A stretch of DNA of 60,950 bases from a virus (Duplodnaviria > Caudoviricetes), in IMG/VR virus record IMGVR_UViG_3300032102_000021, positions 1 through 60,950 of that record; one strand, written 5' to 3'. Each line of letters starts with the position of its first letter. Position 1 is the stretch's first letter. The notes beneath the pieces were generated by a model, which searched no databases, was not told the origin of the DNA, and saw nothing but the letters and a program-made list of their open reading frames with translations. The translations under genes were made by a program, and so were the position numbers. Of the stretch, positions 1 through 9,016 are shown in pieces.

Positions 1-2
1 AG

Positions 3-1322
3 ATCGCGGCCAGCATCGTGGAGTTTGGCTGGACCCAGCCCATCCTGGTCGATGGCGACAACGGGATCATTGCCGGCCATGGACGTCTGGCTGCTGCGCG
101 CAAACTGGAACTGTCAAACGTCCCGGTCATTGAACTGGGGCACCTCACACCGGCGCAAAAGCGCGCCTACGTGATCGCCGACAACCGCCTGGCACTGGAT
201 GCTGGTTGGGACGACGAACTGCTGGCCTTGGAATTAGCGGAGCTGTCCGAAGCCGGATACGACCTGCTGCTCACCGGCTTCGACGATGACGAGCTTGCTC
301 AGATGCTGGCCAACATCGGAGAGACAGATGGTTCGGATACCGATGAGCCTGCTAGCGATGAGGACGATGAGGTCCCCGAGCCACCCAAGCAGCCGATCTC
401 CCGACCAGGGGACGTCTGGCAGCTGGGCCCGCACCGCCTGATCTGTGGTGATGCCAGCGATCCATCGGTGGTCGCCACTCTGATGCAAGGCGAGGAGGCG
501 AGCCTGTGCTTCACCTCGCCACCCTATGGCAACCAGCGCGACTACACCTCTGGCGGCATCGCCGACTGGGATGGACTGATGCGCGGCGTATTTGCGCAGC
601 TGCCCATGGCGGCCGATGGCCAGGTGCTGGTCAACCTCGGATTGATCCACCGCGATAACGAGTTCATCCCGTATTGGGATCAGTGGCTTGCCTGGATGCG
701 GACTCAAGGCTGGCGGCGCTTCGCCTGGTACGTCTGGGATCAGGGGCCGGGAATGCCCGGTGACTGGCAGGGTCGCCTGGCACCGAGCTTTGAGTTCATC
801 TTCCACTTCAACCGCGATACAGGCAAACCCAGCCGCAGACCCAACAAGACGGTGCCCTGCAAGTTCGCCGGTCAGGAAACCCACCTGCGCGCCGATGGTT
901 CCTCGACTGCCATGCGCGGCAAGGACGGCCAAGTCAACGGTTGGACCGCAGAGGGTCAACCGACGCAGGATTACCGCATCCCTGACTCGGTGATCCGGGT
1001 CATGCGCCATAAAGGAAAGATCGGCAAAGGCATCGACCACCCGGCGGCCTTCCCGGTGACGCTGCCGGTGGAGATGGTCGAAGCCTACACGCAGGAAGGC
1101 GAGATCGTGTTTGAGCCCTTTGGCGGCAGCGGCACCACGCTGATGGCCGCCCAGCGCACTGGCCGAATCGGTCGTGCTGTTGAGATCGCGCCTGAGTACG
1201 TCGATGTGGCGTTGATCCGTTTCCAACAAAACTTCCCTGGTGTGCCAGTCACCCTGGCCACCACAGGCGAGACCTTTGAGGTCATCGCCCAACAGCGACA
1301 AAGCGAATCCACCGATGTCTGA
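3..1322 (+). CDS. ParB-like N-terminal domain fused to beta-class DNA methyltransferase (SPPY, likely m4C); 5'-truncated by window edge
   Basis: IIAGHGRL and IADNRLA ParB/Srx motifs, TSPPY catalytic motif, FEPFGGSGTT SAM motif; frame is open from base 3. Confidence 0.9.
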   Translation: MAASIVEFGWTQPILVDGDNGIIAGHGRLAAARKLELSNVPVIELGHLTPAQKRAYVIADNRLALDAGWDDELLALELAELSEAGYDLLLTGFDDDELAQMLANIGETDGSDTDEPASDEDDEVPEPPKQPISRPGDVWQLGPHRLICGDASDPSVVATLMQGEEASLCFTSPPYGNQRDYTSGGIADWDGLMRGVFAQLPMAADGQVLVNLGLIHRDNEFIPYWDQWLAWMRTQGWRRFAWYVWDQGPGMPGDWQGRLAPSFEFIFHFNRDTGKPSRRPNKTVPCKFAGQETHLRADGSSTAMRGKDGQVNGWTAEGQPTQDYRIPDSVIRVMRHKGKIGKGIDHPAAFPVTLPVEMVEAYTQEGEIVFEPFGGSGTTLMAAQRTGRIGRAVEIAPEYVDVALIRFQQNFPGVPVTLATTGETFEVIAQQRQSESTDV

Positions 1323-2607
1323 ACCTTGGCTCTCCACTCATATCGAACGCTGGCCAACAGCCAAGCTCGTCCCGTACGCCCGCAATGCCCGCACTCACTC
1401 CGATGAGCAGGTGGCGCAGATTGCAGCTTCCATCGTTGAGTTTGGCTTCACCAATCCGATCTTGGCTGGATCTGACGGCGTGATCGTCGCAGGGCACGGC
1501 CGCTTGGCTGCCGCGCAAAAGCTGGGTTTGGACACTGTCCCGGTGGTCGTCCTCGACCACCTGACCCCGACCCAGCGCCGGGCACTGATCATTGCGGACA
1601 ACCGGATTGCTGCGAACGCCGGCTGGGACGATGCCATGCTGCGCATCGAACTGCAGTCGCTGCAGGAAGATGGCTTCAACCTGGACATCACCGGCTTCGA
1701 TGCCGATGCACTGGCCGAGATCATGGCCGGTGAAGAGACCACGGTCGACGGCCAGACCGACGACGATGCGGTGCCCGACGTGCCGGTCACGCCGATCTCC
1801 CGACCAGGGGACGTCTGGGAGCTGGGAAACCACCGCCTGCTGTGTGGCGACGCCGCCGACCCAGCAAGCTACGAAGCGCTGATGGCCGATGCACAGGCCG
1901 ACATGGTGTTTACCGATCCACCGTACAACGTCGACTACGCCAACAGCGCCAAGGACAAGATGCGCGGCAAGGACCGCCCGATCCTGAACGACAACCTGGG
2001 CGATGGCTTTTACGACTTCCTGCTGGCCGCACTGACTCCGATGCTGGAACGCTGCGCCGGAGCCATTTACATCGCCATGTCGTCGAGCGAGCTGGATACG
2101 CTGCAGCAAGCCTTCCGGGCTGCCGGTGGCAAGTGGTCGACCTTCATCATCTGGGCCAAGAACACCTTCACGCTCGGCCGTGCCGACTACCAGCGCCAGT
2201 ATGAGCCCATCCTCTACGGCTGGCCCGAGGGGCAAAACCGCCATTGGTGCGGTGATCGCGATCAGGGCGATGTCTGGAACATCAAAAAGCCGCAGAAGAA
2301 CGATCTGCACCCGACCATGAAGCCAGTGGAACTGGTCGAGCGGGCCATTCGCAACTCCAGCCGACCGGGTGACATCGTGCTCGATCCCTTTGGCGGGTCC
2401 GGCACTACCCTCATCGCCGCAGAAAAGTCCGGCCGCATCGGCTGGCTGATCGAACTCGATCCCAAGTACGTTGACGTGATCGTGCGCCGCTGGCAGGACT
2501 GGACTGGTCAGGAGGCCTACCGGGAAGCCGATGCGGTGAAGTTCAACGACCTGGCGGCAGCTGCAGGTATGGCGAGGCCAGCAGACTCAGAGAGGGCCGA
2601 CGCATGA
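1315..2607 (+). CDS. ParB-like domain fused to beta-class DNA methyltransferase (DPPY, likely m6A)
   Basis: ATG 1315 overlaps the upstream gene end; NARTH, AGHGRL, TDPPY, HPTMKP and DPFGGSGTT motifs. Confidence 0.92.
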   Translation: MSEPWLSTHIERWPTAKLVPYARNARTHSDEQVAQIAASIVEFGFTNPILAGSDGVIVAGHGRLAAAQKLGLDTVPVVVLDHLTPTQRRALIIADNRIAANAGWDDAMLRIELQSLQEDGFNLDITGFDADALAEIMAGEETTVDGQTDDDAVPDVPVTPISRPGDVWELGNHRLLCGDAADPASYEALMADAQADMVFTDPPYNVDYANSAKDKMRGKDRPILNDNLGDGFYDFLLAALTPMLERCAGAIYIAMSSSELDTLQQAFRAAGGKWSTFIIWAKNTFTLGRADYQRQYEPILYGWPEGQNRHWCGDRDQGDVWNIKKPQKNDLHPTMKPVELVERAIRNSSRPGDIVLDPFGGSGTTLIAAEKSGRIGWLIELDPKYVDVIVRRWQDWTGQEAYREADAVKFNDLAAAAGMARPADSERADA

Positions 2608-2852
2608 AACAGTCGCGTCTGATGTCCCTGGTGGAGTCGCTGGCCAATGTGCTGATCGGATATGGCGTAGCGGTGGCCACGCAGATGCTGCTGTTTCCGC
2701 TCTTTGGCGTGAACGTCACCATCGCAGACAATTTGTTGATGGGTTTGGTCTTCACTGCGATATCGATCGTTCGGAGTTACATCCTGCGACGCAGCTTCGA
2801 AGCCCTGCGGGTCCGTCAATCGGCCATGGTCTCTTCGACGATCTTGCAGTGA
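2604..2852 (+). CDS. Small two-TM membrane protein (DUF7220-like)
   Basis: ATGA overlap; two hydrophobic segments; SLVESLANV...RSYILRR pattern recalled from phage homologues. Confidence 0.7.
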   Translation: MKQSRLMSLVESLANVLIGYGVAVATQMLLFPLFGVNVTIADNLLMGLVFTAISIVRSYILRRSFEALRVRQSAMVSSTILQ

Positions 2853-3169
2853 ATCACGAATCCGGTGAGGTAAGGCAGACCCTTGGGGATGCCGTACTGC
2901 TTGCTGGTGTGGCGGCCAATGGTCCAGTCCATCCACTTGCTGATGGCATGGGCAACAGCGGCATCCATCGCATGGTCAGAGACCAAGCCGTCCTGGACTG
3001 AGTCTGCGAAATGTCTGCCTTGCTTGCTGTCCAGAAAGGCACGTACTGACTCAAATGGTTCGCTTGTGGCCTCGGCAACTTGGGCCATGGCGATCGGCCA
3101 GGCCACACTGGCGTGACCTCCCATCGTTCCCCAAAAGCCGTACGCTTCGTTTTGCGTGCTGAGCATCAT
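2816..3169 (-). CDS. Conserved phage hypothetical protein
   Basis: GFWGTM...FLDSKQGRHFAD...YGIPKGLPYLTGFV; AAGGGG SD-like sequence upstream. Confidence 0.7.
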   Translation of the reverse strand: MMLSTQNEAYGFWGTMGGHASVAWPIAMAQVAEATSEPFESVRAFLDSKQGRHFADSVQDGLVSDHAMDAAVAHAISKWMDWTIGRHTSKQYGIPKGLPYLTGFVIHCKIVEETMAD

Positions 3170-3180
3170 GTGGGCCCCTT

Positions 3181-3378
3181 TCAAGCGACCTGGTCTGCAA
3201 TGGCAGCGCCGTACTGGCTGCGCACGATGTCATAGACCATCCATGACTTGCGCTGTTCTTTGATCTGAGCGCTGTAGATGCGTCCCAGGCATGTGCGGGT
3301 CCACCTCATAAAAACCTCTGCCTTTGACATCTGGCGAAGATGCTGCGTGGTTCGTTTGGCTTGATCGATGGGGTTCAT
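3181..3378 (-). CDS. Small hypothetical protein
   Basis: 65-aa ORF with AAGGAG SD upstream, co-oriented with neighbours. Confidence 0.55.
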   Translation of the reverse strand: MNPIDQAKRTTQHLRQMSKAEVFMRWTRTCLGRIYSAQIKEQRKSWMVYDIVRSQYGAAIADQVA

Positions 3379-3405
3379 CTGTGTGCTCCTTGTTGCGATG
3401 TCTGT

Positions 3406-3436
3406 ATGAACGCTCTACTTGGGGATGAAGTAAAGC
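3406..3436 (-). promoter_or_regulatory. Bipartite promoter-like motif, copy B (GCTTTACTTC-N10-AGAGCGTTCAT on minus strand)
   Basis: Same spacing and 16/21 identity in the two boxes with copy A at 4607-4637; lies upstream of a minus-strand gene. Confidence 0.5.
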
Positions 3437-3478
3437 GATTCATCAAATTTTTTTGATTTGTCGCTTCTCGGAGACTGA

Positions 3479-3838
3479 TCAGCCAAGGCGTGCGCAATAG
3501 CGTCCGTAGTTCGACCCAGAGGGATCGATGAAGAGGTAAGGGCGACCGGGTGCATGCACTTCGACACACAGCCTGCCATCTCCGTAATAGCCACCCTTGC
3601 CATTGAGCCAATCACGAGACTGGAGCAGGTTCACTGCAAAGCTGTCGAACTCTGCTGGCTCCATCTCGCGGGTTTCGGTGATGTAGACGGTGCAGTCTTC
3701 ACTGCCAGCGATCTCGCTCATGGTGGTCGGCTTGCGGCCAAAGGGTAGTCGGATACCGAGCTCTTCGACTTCCATGGCTTTGCCGTCGAACTGGATGGTG
3801 ATGGGCTTGCGTTCAATCGTGATGGTCATGGTTTTCAT
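3479..3838 (-). CDS. Conserved phage hypothetical protein
   Basis: MKTMTITIERKP start with GAGG SD; DWLNGKGG and IDPSGSNYGRY motifs. Confidence 0.7.
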   Translation of the reverse strand: MKTMTITIERKPITIQFDGKAMEVEELGIRLPFGRKPTTMSEIAGSEDCTVYITETREMEPAEFDSFAVNLLQSRDWLNGKGGYYGDGRLCVEVHAPGRPYLFIDPSGSNYGRYCARLG

Positions 3839-3845
3839 GTGAGCC

Positions 3846-4343
3846 TCATGCGGCGTGGTAGGGATTGGTGATGCGGTAGACGCGGTCGGCATCTGGCTGT
3901 TTTTCTGAGGAAATTTCCAACCCCATCTTCTTTTTGAGTGCACCGGCAATGGCACCTCGGCAGGTATGCGGTAGCCAGCCCGTTGCTTGGCAAATTTGTG
4001 CGATGGTGGCGCCCTCGGGGCGCTTGAGCATGGCGATCACTTGCGCTTGTTTGCTGTTGTCGCGGGTACGTGGTTTTGCAGCCTTTGCTGCCTTTATGAC
4101 CTCATTGATCGACTGCGAACTTAAGGGCGCTCTGTGTGGCGCACCCAGGGCGTCGTAGCCCTCGGCTGCTAGGAACCAGTCCTTGCCGTCGTATGTGATC
4201 AGGGAGCGCTTGAACAAGCCGTCGATCACTTTCTGGCGCGCGCCGCCCTTGATGTTGTCAGGGAACCAGGTGATCTTGCCTTCGGTGTGCTGATGGGCAT
4301 GGTCCAGGATGGCGTGCTGGGCGGGTGTGAGTTGTGTGGTCAT
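3846..4343 (-). CDS. DUF3489-domain (winged-helix-like) protein
   Basis: SKQAQVIAMLKRPEGATIAQI..ATGWLPHT.RGAIAGALKKK.G signature. Confidence 0.85.
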   Translation of the reverse strand: MTTQLTPAQHAILDHAHQHTEGKITWFPDNIKGGARQKVIDGLFKRSLITYDGKDWFLAAEGYDALGAPHRAPLSSQSINEVIKAAKAAKPRTRDNSKQAQVIAMLKRPEGATIAQICQATGWLPHTCRGAIAGALKKKMGLEISSEKQPDADRVYRITNPYHAA

Positions 4344-4354
4344 GTTGAACCTTT

Positions 4355-4564
4355 TTAGTTGGGGTTGGTCTGGGTTGACGATTGCGTGGCGGCCATACGG
4401 CCCGCTTCAAAAGCCGCTTCCAGTGCGCTCTTGACGCCCCAGACGCTGACCTCATGAAAGTCGAGTCGGTCGCTCATTTGTGTTTCCAGGGTCTGGATGA
4501 AAAGGTGATCGAGTGCGATCTTTCCAAGCAGGTCCTGGATGGGCTGGGTGTTTTGTTTTTTCAT
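4355..4564 (-). CDS. DUF6900-domain protein
   Basis: IALDHLFIQTLETQMSDRLDFHEVSVWGVKSALEAAFEAG signature. Confidence 0.8.
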   Translation of the reverse strand: MKKQNTQPIQDLLGKIALDHLFIQTLETQMSDRLDFHEVSVWGVKSALEAAFEAGRMAATQSSTQTNPN

Positions 4565-4606
4565 CGTCTTGGCCTTTCGATTGCCTGATGTGTTGAGGAC
4601 GATGTG

Positions 4607-4637
4607 ATTGACGCGCTGTTCGCAACCGAAGCCAAGC
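4607..4637 (-). promoter_or_regulatory. Bipartite promoter-like motif, copy A (GCTTGGCTTC-N10-AGCGCGTCAAT on minus strand)
   Basis: Repeated at 3406-3436; about 40 nt upstream of the DUF6900 start. Confidence 0.5.
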
Positions 4638-4723
4638 TCTTTCTAATCCCGGGTGATTCACTCGTCTTTGCATGACAAAACGCATCCAGGAGGCCACCCA
4701 CTTGCACTGAGTAAATCGACACC

Positions 4724-5299
4724 ATGGGACTGTCCATTCGCGCCTACGCGCGCCACCGAGGTGTGTCGCATGTGGCCGTCAAGAAGGCCATCGACACGGG
4801 GCGCATCACGCCCTTGCCGGATGGCACGATTGAACCGGTGGTGGCCGATGCCCAGTGGGCGGCCAACACCACACCGAACCGTCGGTCAGTAACTGGCGAA
4901 GCCAGGGAAGTACCGCAAGCTCCCGCAGTAGCCCGCGAGATACCGCAAGCGTCTGCAAAAGTGGTGCGTGAAGCAGGCGAGCCTTCGACGCCTGCCTTGT
5001 CGACGGGCGGTACGTCACTGCTGCAGGCACGCACCGTCAATGAGGTGGTCAAGGCGCAGACGAACAAAGTGCGCCTGGCGCGCCTTAAGGGCGAGCTGGT
5101 CGATCGCTCGCAGGCCGTGGCCCATGTGTTCAAGCTGGCTCGTGCTGAGCGCGATGCCTGGCTCAACTGGCCAGCACGGATATCAGCGCAGATGGCCGCC
5201 GGCCTGAACGTCGATCCTCATGTGCTGCACGTTGCGCTGGACGCGGCTGTGCGCCAGCAGTTGCAGGACCTGGGTGACTTGCAGCCGAAAGTCGATTGA
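4724..5299 (+). CDS. Probable terminase small subunit (Nu1-like)
   Basis: N-terminal HTH (SIRAYARHRGVSHVAVKKAI), coiled coil, GELVDR motif; directly precedes the large subunit. Confidence 0.75.
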   Translation: MGLSIRAYARHRGVSHVAVKKAIDTGRITPLPDGTIEPVVADAQWAANTTPNRRSVTGEAREVPQAPAVAREIPQASAKVVREAGEPSTPALSTGGTSLLQARTVNEVVKAQTNKVRLARLKGELVDRSQAVAHVFKLARAERDAWLNWPARISAQMAAGLNVDPHVLHVALDAAVRQQLQDLGDLQPKVD

Positions 5300-5301
5300 C
5301 C

Positions 5302-7275
5302 ATGGACGAGTCGTTTTACGAAGGCTGGGACGCGATCGAACGCGCCTGGCGCGAAGGTCTGATGCCCGATCCGCTGCTCACGGTCTCCGAATGGGCAGAC
5401 AAGCACCGGGTGCTCTCCAGCAAGGCGGCCTCAGAGCCGGGACGTTGGCGCACCAGTCGCACGCCTTATCTGCGCGAGATCATGGATTGCTTGTCGCCTA
5501 TGTCGCCGATCGAGCGGGTGGTGTTCATGAAAGGGGCGCAGGTCGGTGGCACGGAGCTGGGCCTGAACTGGGTGGGTTATGTGATCCACCACGCCCCCGG
5601 TCCAATGATGGCCGTCTGGCCGACGGTCGAGATGGCCAAGCGGGCCTCCAAGCAGCGCATCGACGCGCTCATCGAGGAGAGCCCGGCCATCCAGGAGCGG
5701 ATCGCGCCAGCGCGCAGCCGGGACTCGGGCAACACCATCTTGGCCAAGGAGTTTCATGGCGGGGTGCTGGTGATGACCGGTGCCAACAGTGCGGTGGGCC
5801 TGCGCTCGATGCCGGTGCGCTACTTGTTCCTGGATGAGGTCGATGGTTACCCGCTCGATGTTGAGGGTGAAGGTGACGCAATCTCTCTGGCCGAGGCCCG
5901 CACCCGCACCTTTGCCCGACGCAAGATCCTGATCGTCTCGACCCCGACCATTGCCGGGGCTAGTGCAGTCGACCGGGAGTTTGAAGCCTCGGACCAGCGC
6001 CGCTACTTCGTGCCGTGCCCGCACTGCGAGCACCGGCAGTGGCTGCGGTTCGAGCAATTGCGCTGGGAACGCAGTCAGCCCGAGACGGCGGTCTACATCT
6101 GCGAAGGCTGTGGTGAACCCATCGCCGAGCACCACAAGACCTGGATGCTGGAGAACGGCCAGTGGCAGGCCTGTGCACCGGAGAATGCTGGACGCACGGC
6201 CGGGTTTCACCTCTCCAGCCTCTACAGCCCGGTGGGTTGGCGCAGCTGGATCGAGATTGCCCGCGCGTGGGAGTCAGCGGCGATGTCGGACACCCGTTCG
6301 GCATCTGCCATCAAGACTTTCAAGAACACCGAACTGGGCGAGACCTGGGTCGAGGAAGGCGAAGCGCCCGATTGGCAGCGCCTACTGGAGCGACGCGAGG
6401 ATTACCGCGTCGGCACCGTGCCCGCGGGTGGCTTGCTGCTCACCGCTGGTGCCGACGTGCAGAAGGACCGCATCGAAGTCTCGGTCTGGGCCTTCGGGCG
6501 GGGCAAGGCATCTTGGCTGGTCGAGCACCGGGTGCTGATGGGTGACACCGCTCGAGCCGAGGTTTGGTCGGCCTTGGCCAAGCTGATGGGTGAAACCTGG
6601 ACTCACAGCAGCGGCTGCCAGCTGAGCCTGGCGAGGATTGCTCTGGATACCGGTTATGCCACTCAGGAGGCCTATGCCTTCGTGCGCAGCGTTCGCGATG
6701 CCCGCCTCATGCCGATCAAGGGCATTGCCGGTGGTGCGGCGCTGATCGGCACGCCGACGGCGGTGGATGCGACTGCGAGTGGCAAGAAGCTGCGCCGGGG
6801 CATCAAGGTGTTCCCGGTGGCCGGCGGCATTGCCAAGCTCGAGTTCTACAACAACCTGCGCAAGAGCGCGGAGGTGGCCGAAGACGGTGTGACGACGATC
6901 TACCCGGCTGGCTACGTGCATCTGCCCAAGGTCGACGCCGAATACCTGCAGCAGATCTGCGCTGAGCAACTGATCACCCGGCGCGACCGCAACGGCTTTG
7001 CTCACCGCGAGTGGCAAAAGATGCGCGAGCGCAACGAGGCGCTGGACTGCTACGTCTACGCCCGCGCTGCTGCAGCAGCGGCTGGTCTGGATCGTTTCGA
7101 AGACCGTCACTGGCTCGAATTGGAAAAACAACTGGGCGTCGGTCCTCCCTCCGATGCCCCTCTGACTGATACCTCCGAGGCCACCCGAGAACAGAAGTTC
7201 GACGGTGGCCTCAGCACTTCTGGCAGCACAGCACCAGCTTCGCGCCGAGTGGTGCGCAGCCGATGGATGACCTGA
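5302..7275 (+). CDS. Terminase large subunit, lambda GpA family
   Basis: RTPYLREIMD, KGAQVGGTE (Walker A-like), LFLDEVD (Walker B), STPT, CPHC, GADVQKDR, RNEALDC. Confidence 0.97.
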   Translation: MDESFYEGWDAIERAWREGLMPDPLLTVSEWADKHRVLSSKAASEPGRWRTSRTPYLREIMDCLSPMSPIERVVFMKGAQVGGTELGLNWVGYVIHHAPGPMMAVWPTVEMAKRASKQRIDALIEESPAIQERIAPARSRDSGNTILAKEFHGGVLVMTGANSAVGLRSMPVRYLFLDEVDGYPLDVEGEGDAISLAEARTRTFARRKILIVSTPTIAGASAVDREFEASDQRRYFVPCPHCEHRQWLRFEQLRWERSQPETAVYICEGCGEPIAEHHKTWMLENGQWQACAPENAGRTAGFHLSSLYSPVGWRSWIEIARAWESAAMSDTRSASAIKTFKNTELGETWVEEGEAPDWQRLLERREDYRVGTVPAGGLLLTAGADVQKDRIEVSVWAFGRGKASWLVEHRVLMGDTARAEVWSALAKLMGETWTHSSGCQLSLARIALDTGYATQEAYAFVRSVRDARLMPIKGIAGGAALIGTPTAVDATASGKKLRRGIKVFPVAGGIAKLEFYNNLRKSAEVAEDGVTTIYPAGYVHLPKVDAEYLQQICAEQLITRRDRNGFAHREWQKMRERNEALDCYVYARAAAAAAGLDRFEDRHWLELEKQLGVGPPSDAPLTDTSEATREQKFDGGLSTSGSTAPASRRVVRSRWMT

Positions 7276-7484
7276 TGAGCACTTACACACCTGAACACCT
7301 GCAGGCCCTGCATGAAGCCCTGGCCAGCGGCGAGCACCGCGTGACCTACGAGGGCAAGAGCATCGAGTACCGCAGCGTGGCCGATCTCAAGGCCGCGATT
7401 GCCGAGGTCGAGGCCACCATCGCCCGTGAATCGGGCGCACGCAAATCGCGACAGATCCGCGTGACCACGAGCAAGGCGCTCTGA
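7275..7484 (+). CDS. gpW-like head completion protein
   Basis: 69 aa between terminase and portal; GEHRVTYEGKSIEYRS. Confidence 0.85.
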   Translation: MSTYTPEHLQALHEALASGEHRVTYEGKSIEYRSVADLKAAIAEVEATIARESGARKSRQIRVTTSKAL

Positions 7485-9016
7485 TGGCCTGGCTCAAAAA
7501 CCTTCGTCGCCGCATGTTCGGTGGCACGCCTTTCTATGACGGCACCGGCGGTGGTCGCCGGGCGCTGGCGTGGATGCCGGGCAACCCGGGCGCGGTGGCC
7601 GCTTTGTCACTGGCCCAAGACGAACTGCGTGCCAAAAGCCGTGACCTTGTTCGGCGCAATGCCTGGGCCGCTGCCGGCATCGAAGCCTTTGTGGCCAACG
7701 CCATCGGTACCGGCATCAAGCCGCAGAGCATGGTGCCGGACCAAACCATTCGTGAGGCCATCCACAGCCTGTGGTGGGACTGGTGCGAGCAGGCGGATGC
7801 CGCAGGCCTGACCGACTTCTCCGGTCTGCAGGCACTGGCCACCCGGGCCATGCTTGAGGGCGGCGAGGCGCTGATTCGACTGCGCTACCGACGTGTCGAA
7901 GATGGTCTACCCGTGGCACTGCAGATCCAGGTGCTGGAAGCTGAGCATCTGCCAACGACAATGAATCGGGATCTTCCCGGCGGCAATGTCATCCGGTCCG
8001 GCATCGAGTTCGACCGGCTGGGTCGTCGGGTGGCGTACCACTTGTACCGCTCGCACCCCAACGACGGGTTACTGGCTCCGATGTCCAGCCAGGGCGGCAT
8101 GGACACCGTGCGTGTGGATGCCTCAGAAGTCATTCACCTGTTCCGCCCCTTGCGCCCTGGTCAGATCCGAGGCGAGCCGTGGCTAACGCGGGCCTTGGTC
8201 AAGCTCAACGAACTGGATCAATACGACGACGCCGAACTGGTGCGCAAGAAAACCGCAGCCATGTTTGCCGGTTTCATCACCCGCATGGCCCCAGAAGACA
8301 ACCTGATGGGCGAGTCGGCGGCCGATGCGAATGGCGTGGCACTGGCTGGCATGGAGCCCGGCACGCTGCAGATTCTGGAGCCTGGGGAAGACATCAAGTT
8401 CTCGGCACCGGCGGACGTTGGCAGTTCTTATGCCGAATTCATGCGTCAGCAGTTCAGAGCGGTGGCCGCTGCCATGGGCATCACCTACGAGATGCTCACC
8501 GGCGACCTGACGCAGGTGAACTACTCGTCGATCCGTGCTGGGTTGCTCGAATTCCGCCGCCGCTGCGAAGCCTTGCAGCATGGGGTGATCGTGCACCAAC
8601 TGTGCCGCCCGATCTGGCGCGCCTGGATGGATCAGGCCTTGTTGGAAGGGGCCATTGATCTACCGGGCTACCGCAAAGACCGCCGCGCCTACCAGGCAGC
8701 CAAGTGGATCCCGCAAGGCTGGAGTTGGGTTGATCCACAAAAGGAATTCAACGCCATGAAGCTCGCCATCCGCGCTGGCCTCATGAGCCGCTCAGAAGCG
8801 ATTTCCGGCAATGGCTATGACGCCGAGGACGTCGATCGGGAAATCGCAGCCGACAACGCCCGGGCCGATGCGCTGGGCCTGGTCTTTGACTCCGATGCCC
8901 GGCATGACCAGGCGCCCGCACCGGAACCCAATGAAACCCAAGACGGTCAGGCCACTGACGCGTCTTCAGCCGATCCCATGGCTGCACCCAACGACAACCA
9001 GGACGCTCAACCATGA
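7484..9016 (+). CDS. Phage portal protein, lambda family
   Basis: LRAKSRDLVRRN, GIEFD, RPGQIRGEP, TGDLTQVNYSSIRAG, WVDPQKE. Confidence 0.97.
   Translation: MAWLKNLRRRMFGGTPFYDGTGGGRRALAWMPGNPGAVAALSLAQDELRAKSRDLVRRNAWAAAGIEAFVANAIGTGIKPQSMVPDQTIREAIHSLWWDWCEQADAAGLTDFSGLQALATRAMLEGGEALIRLRYRRVEDGLPVALQIQVLEAEHLPTTMNRDLPGGNVIRSGIEFDRLGRRVAYHLYRSHPNDGLLAPMSSQGGMDTVRVDASEVIHLFRPLRPGQIRGEPWLTRALVKLNELDQYDDAELVRKKTAAMFAGFITRMAPEDNLMGESAADANGVALAGMEPGTLQILEPGEDIKFSAPADVGSSYAEFMRQQFRAVAAAMGITYEMLTGDLTQVNYSSIRAGLLEFRRRCEALQHGVIVHQLCRPIWRAWMDQALLEGAIDLPGYRKDRRAYQAAKWIPQGWSWVDPQKEFNAMKLAIRAGLMSRSEAISGNGYDAEDVDREIAADNARADALGLVFDSDARHDQAPAPEPNETQDGQATDASSADPMAAPNDNQDAQP

Noticed and set aside
4901-4950. 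Short repeat in the terminase small subunit (AREVPQA/AREIPQA)
   Set aside because: Two degenerate copies in a disordered linker; no evidence of function
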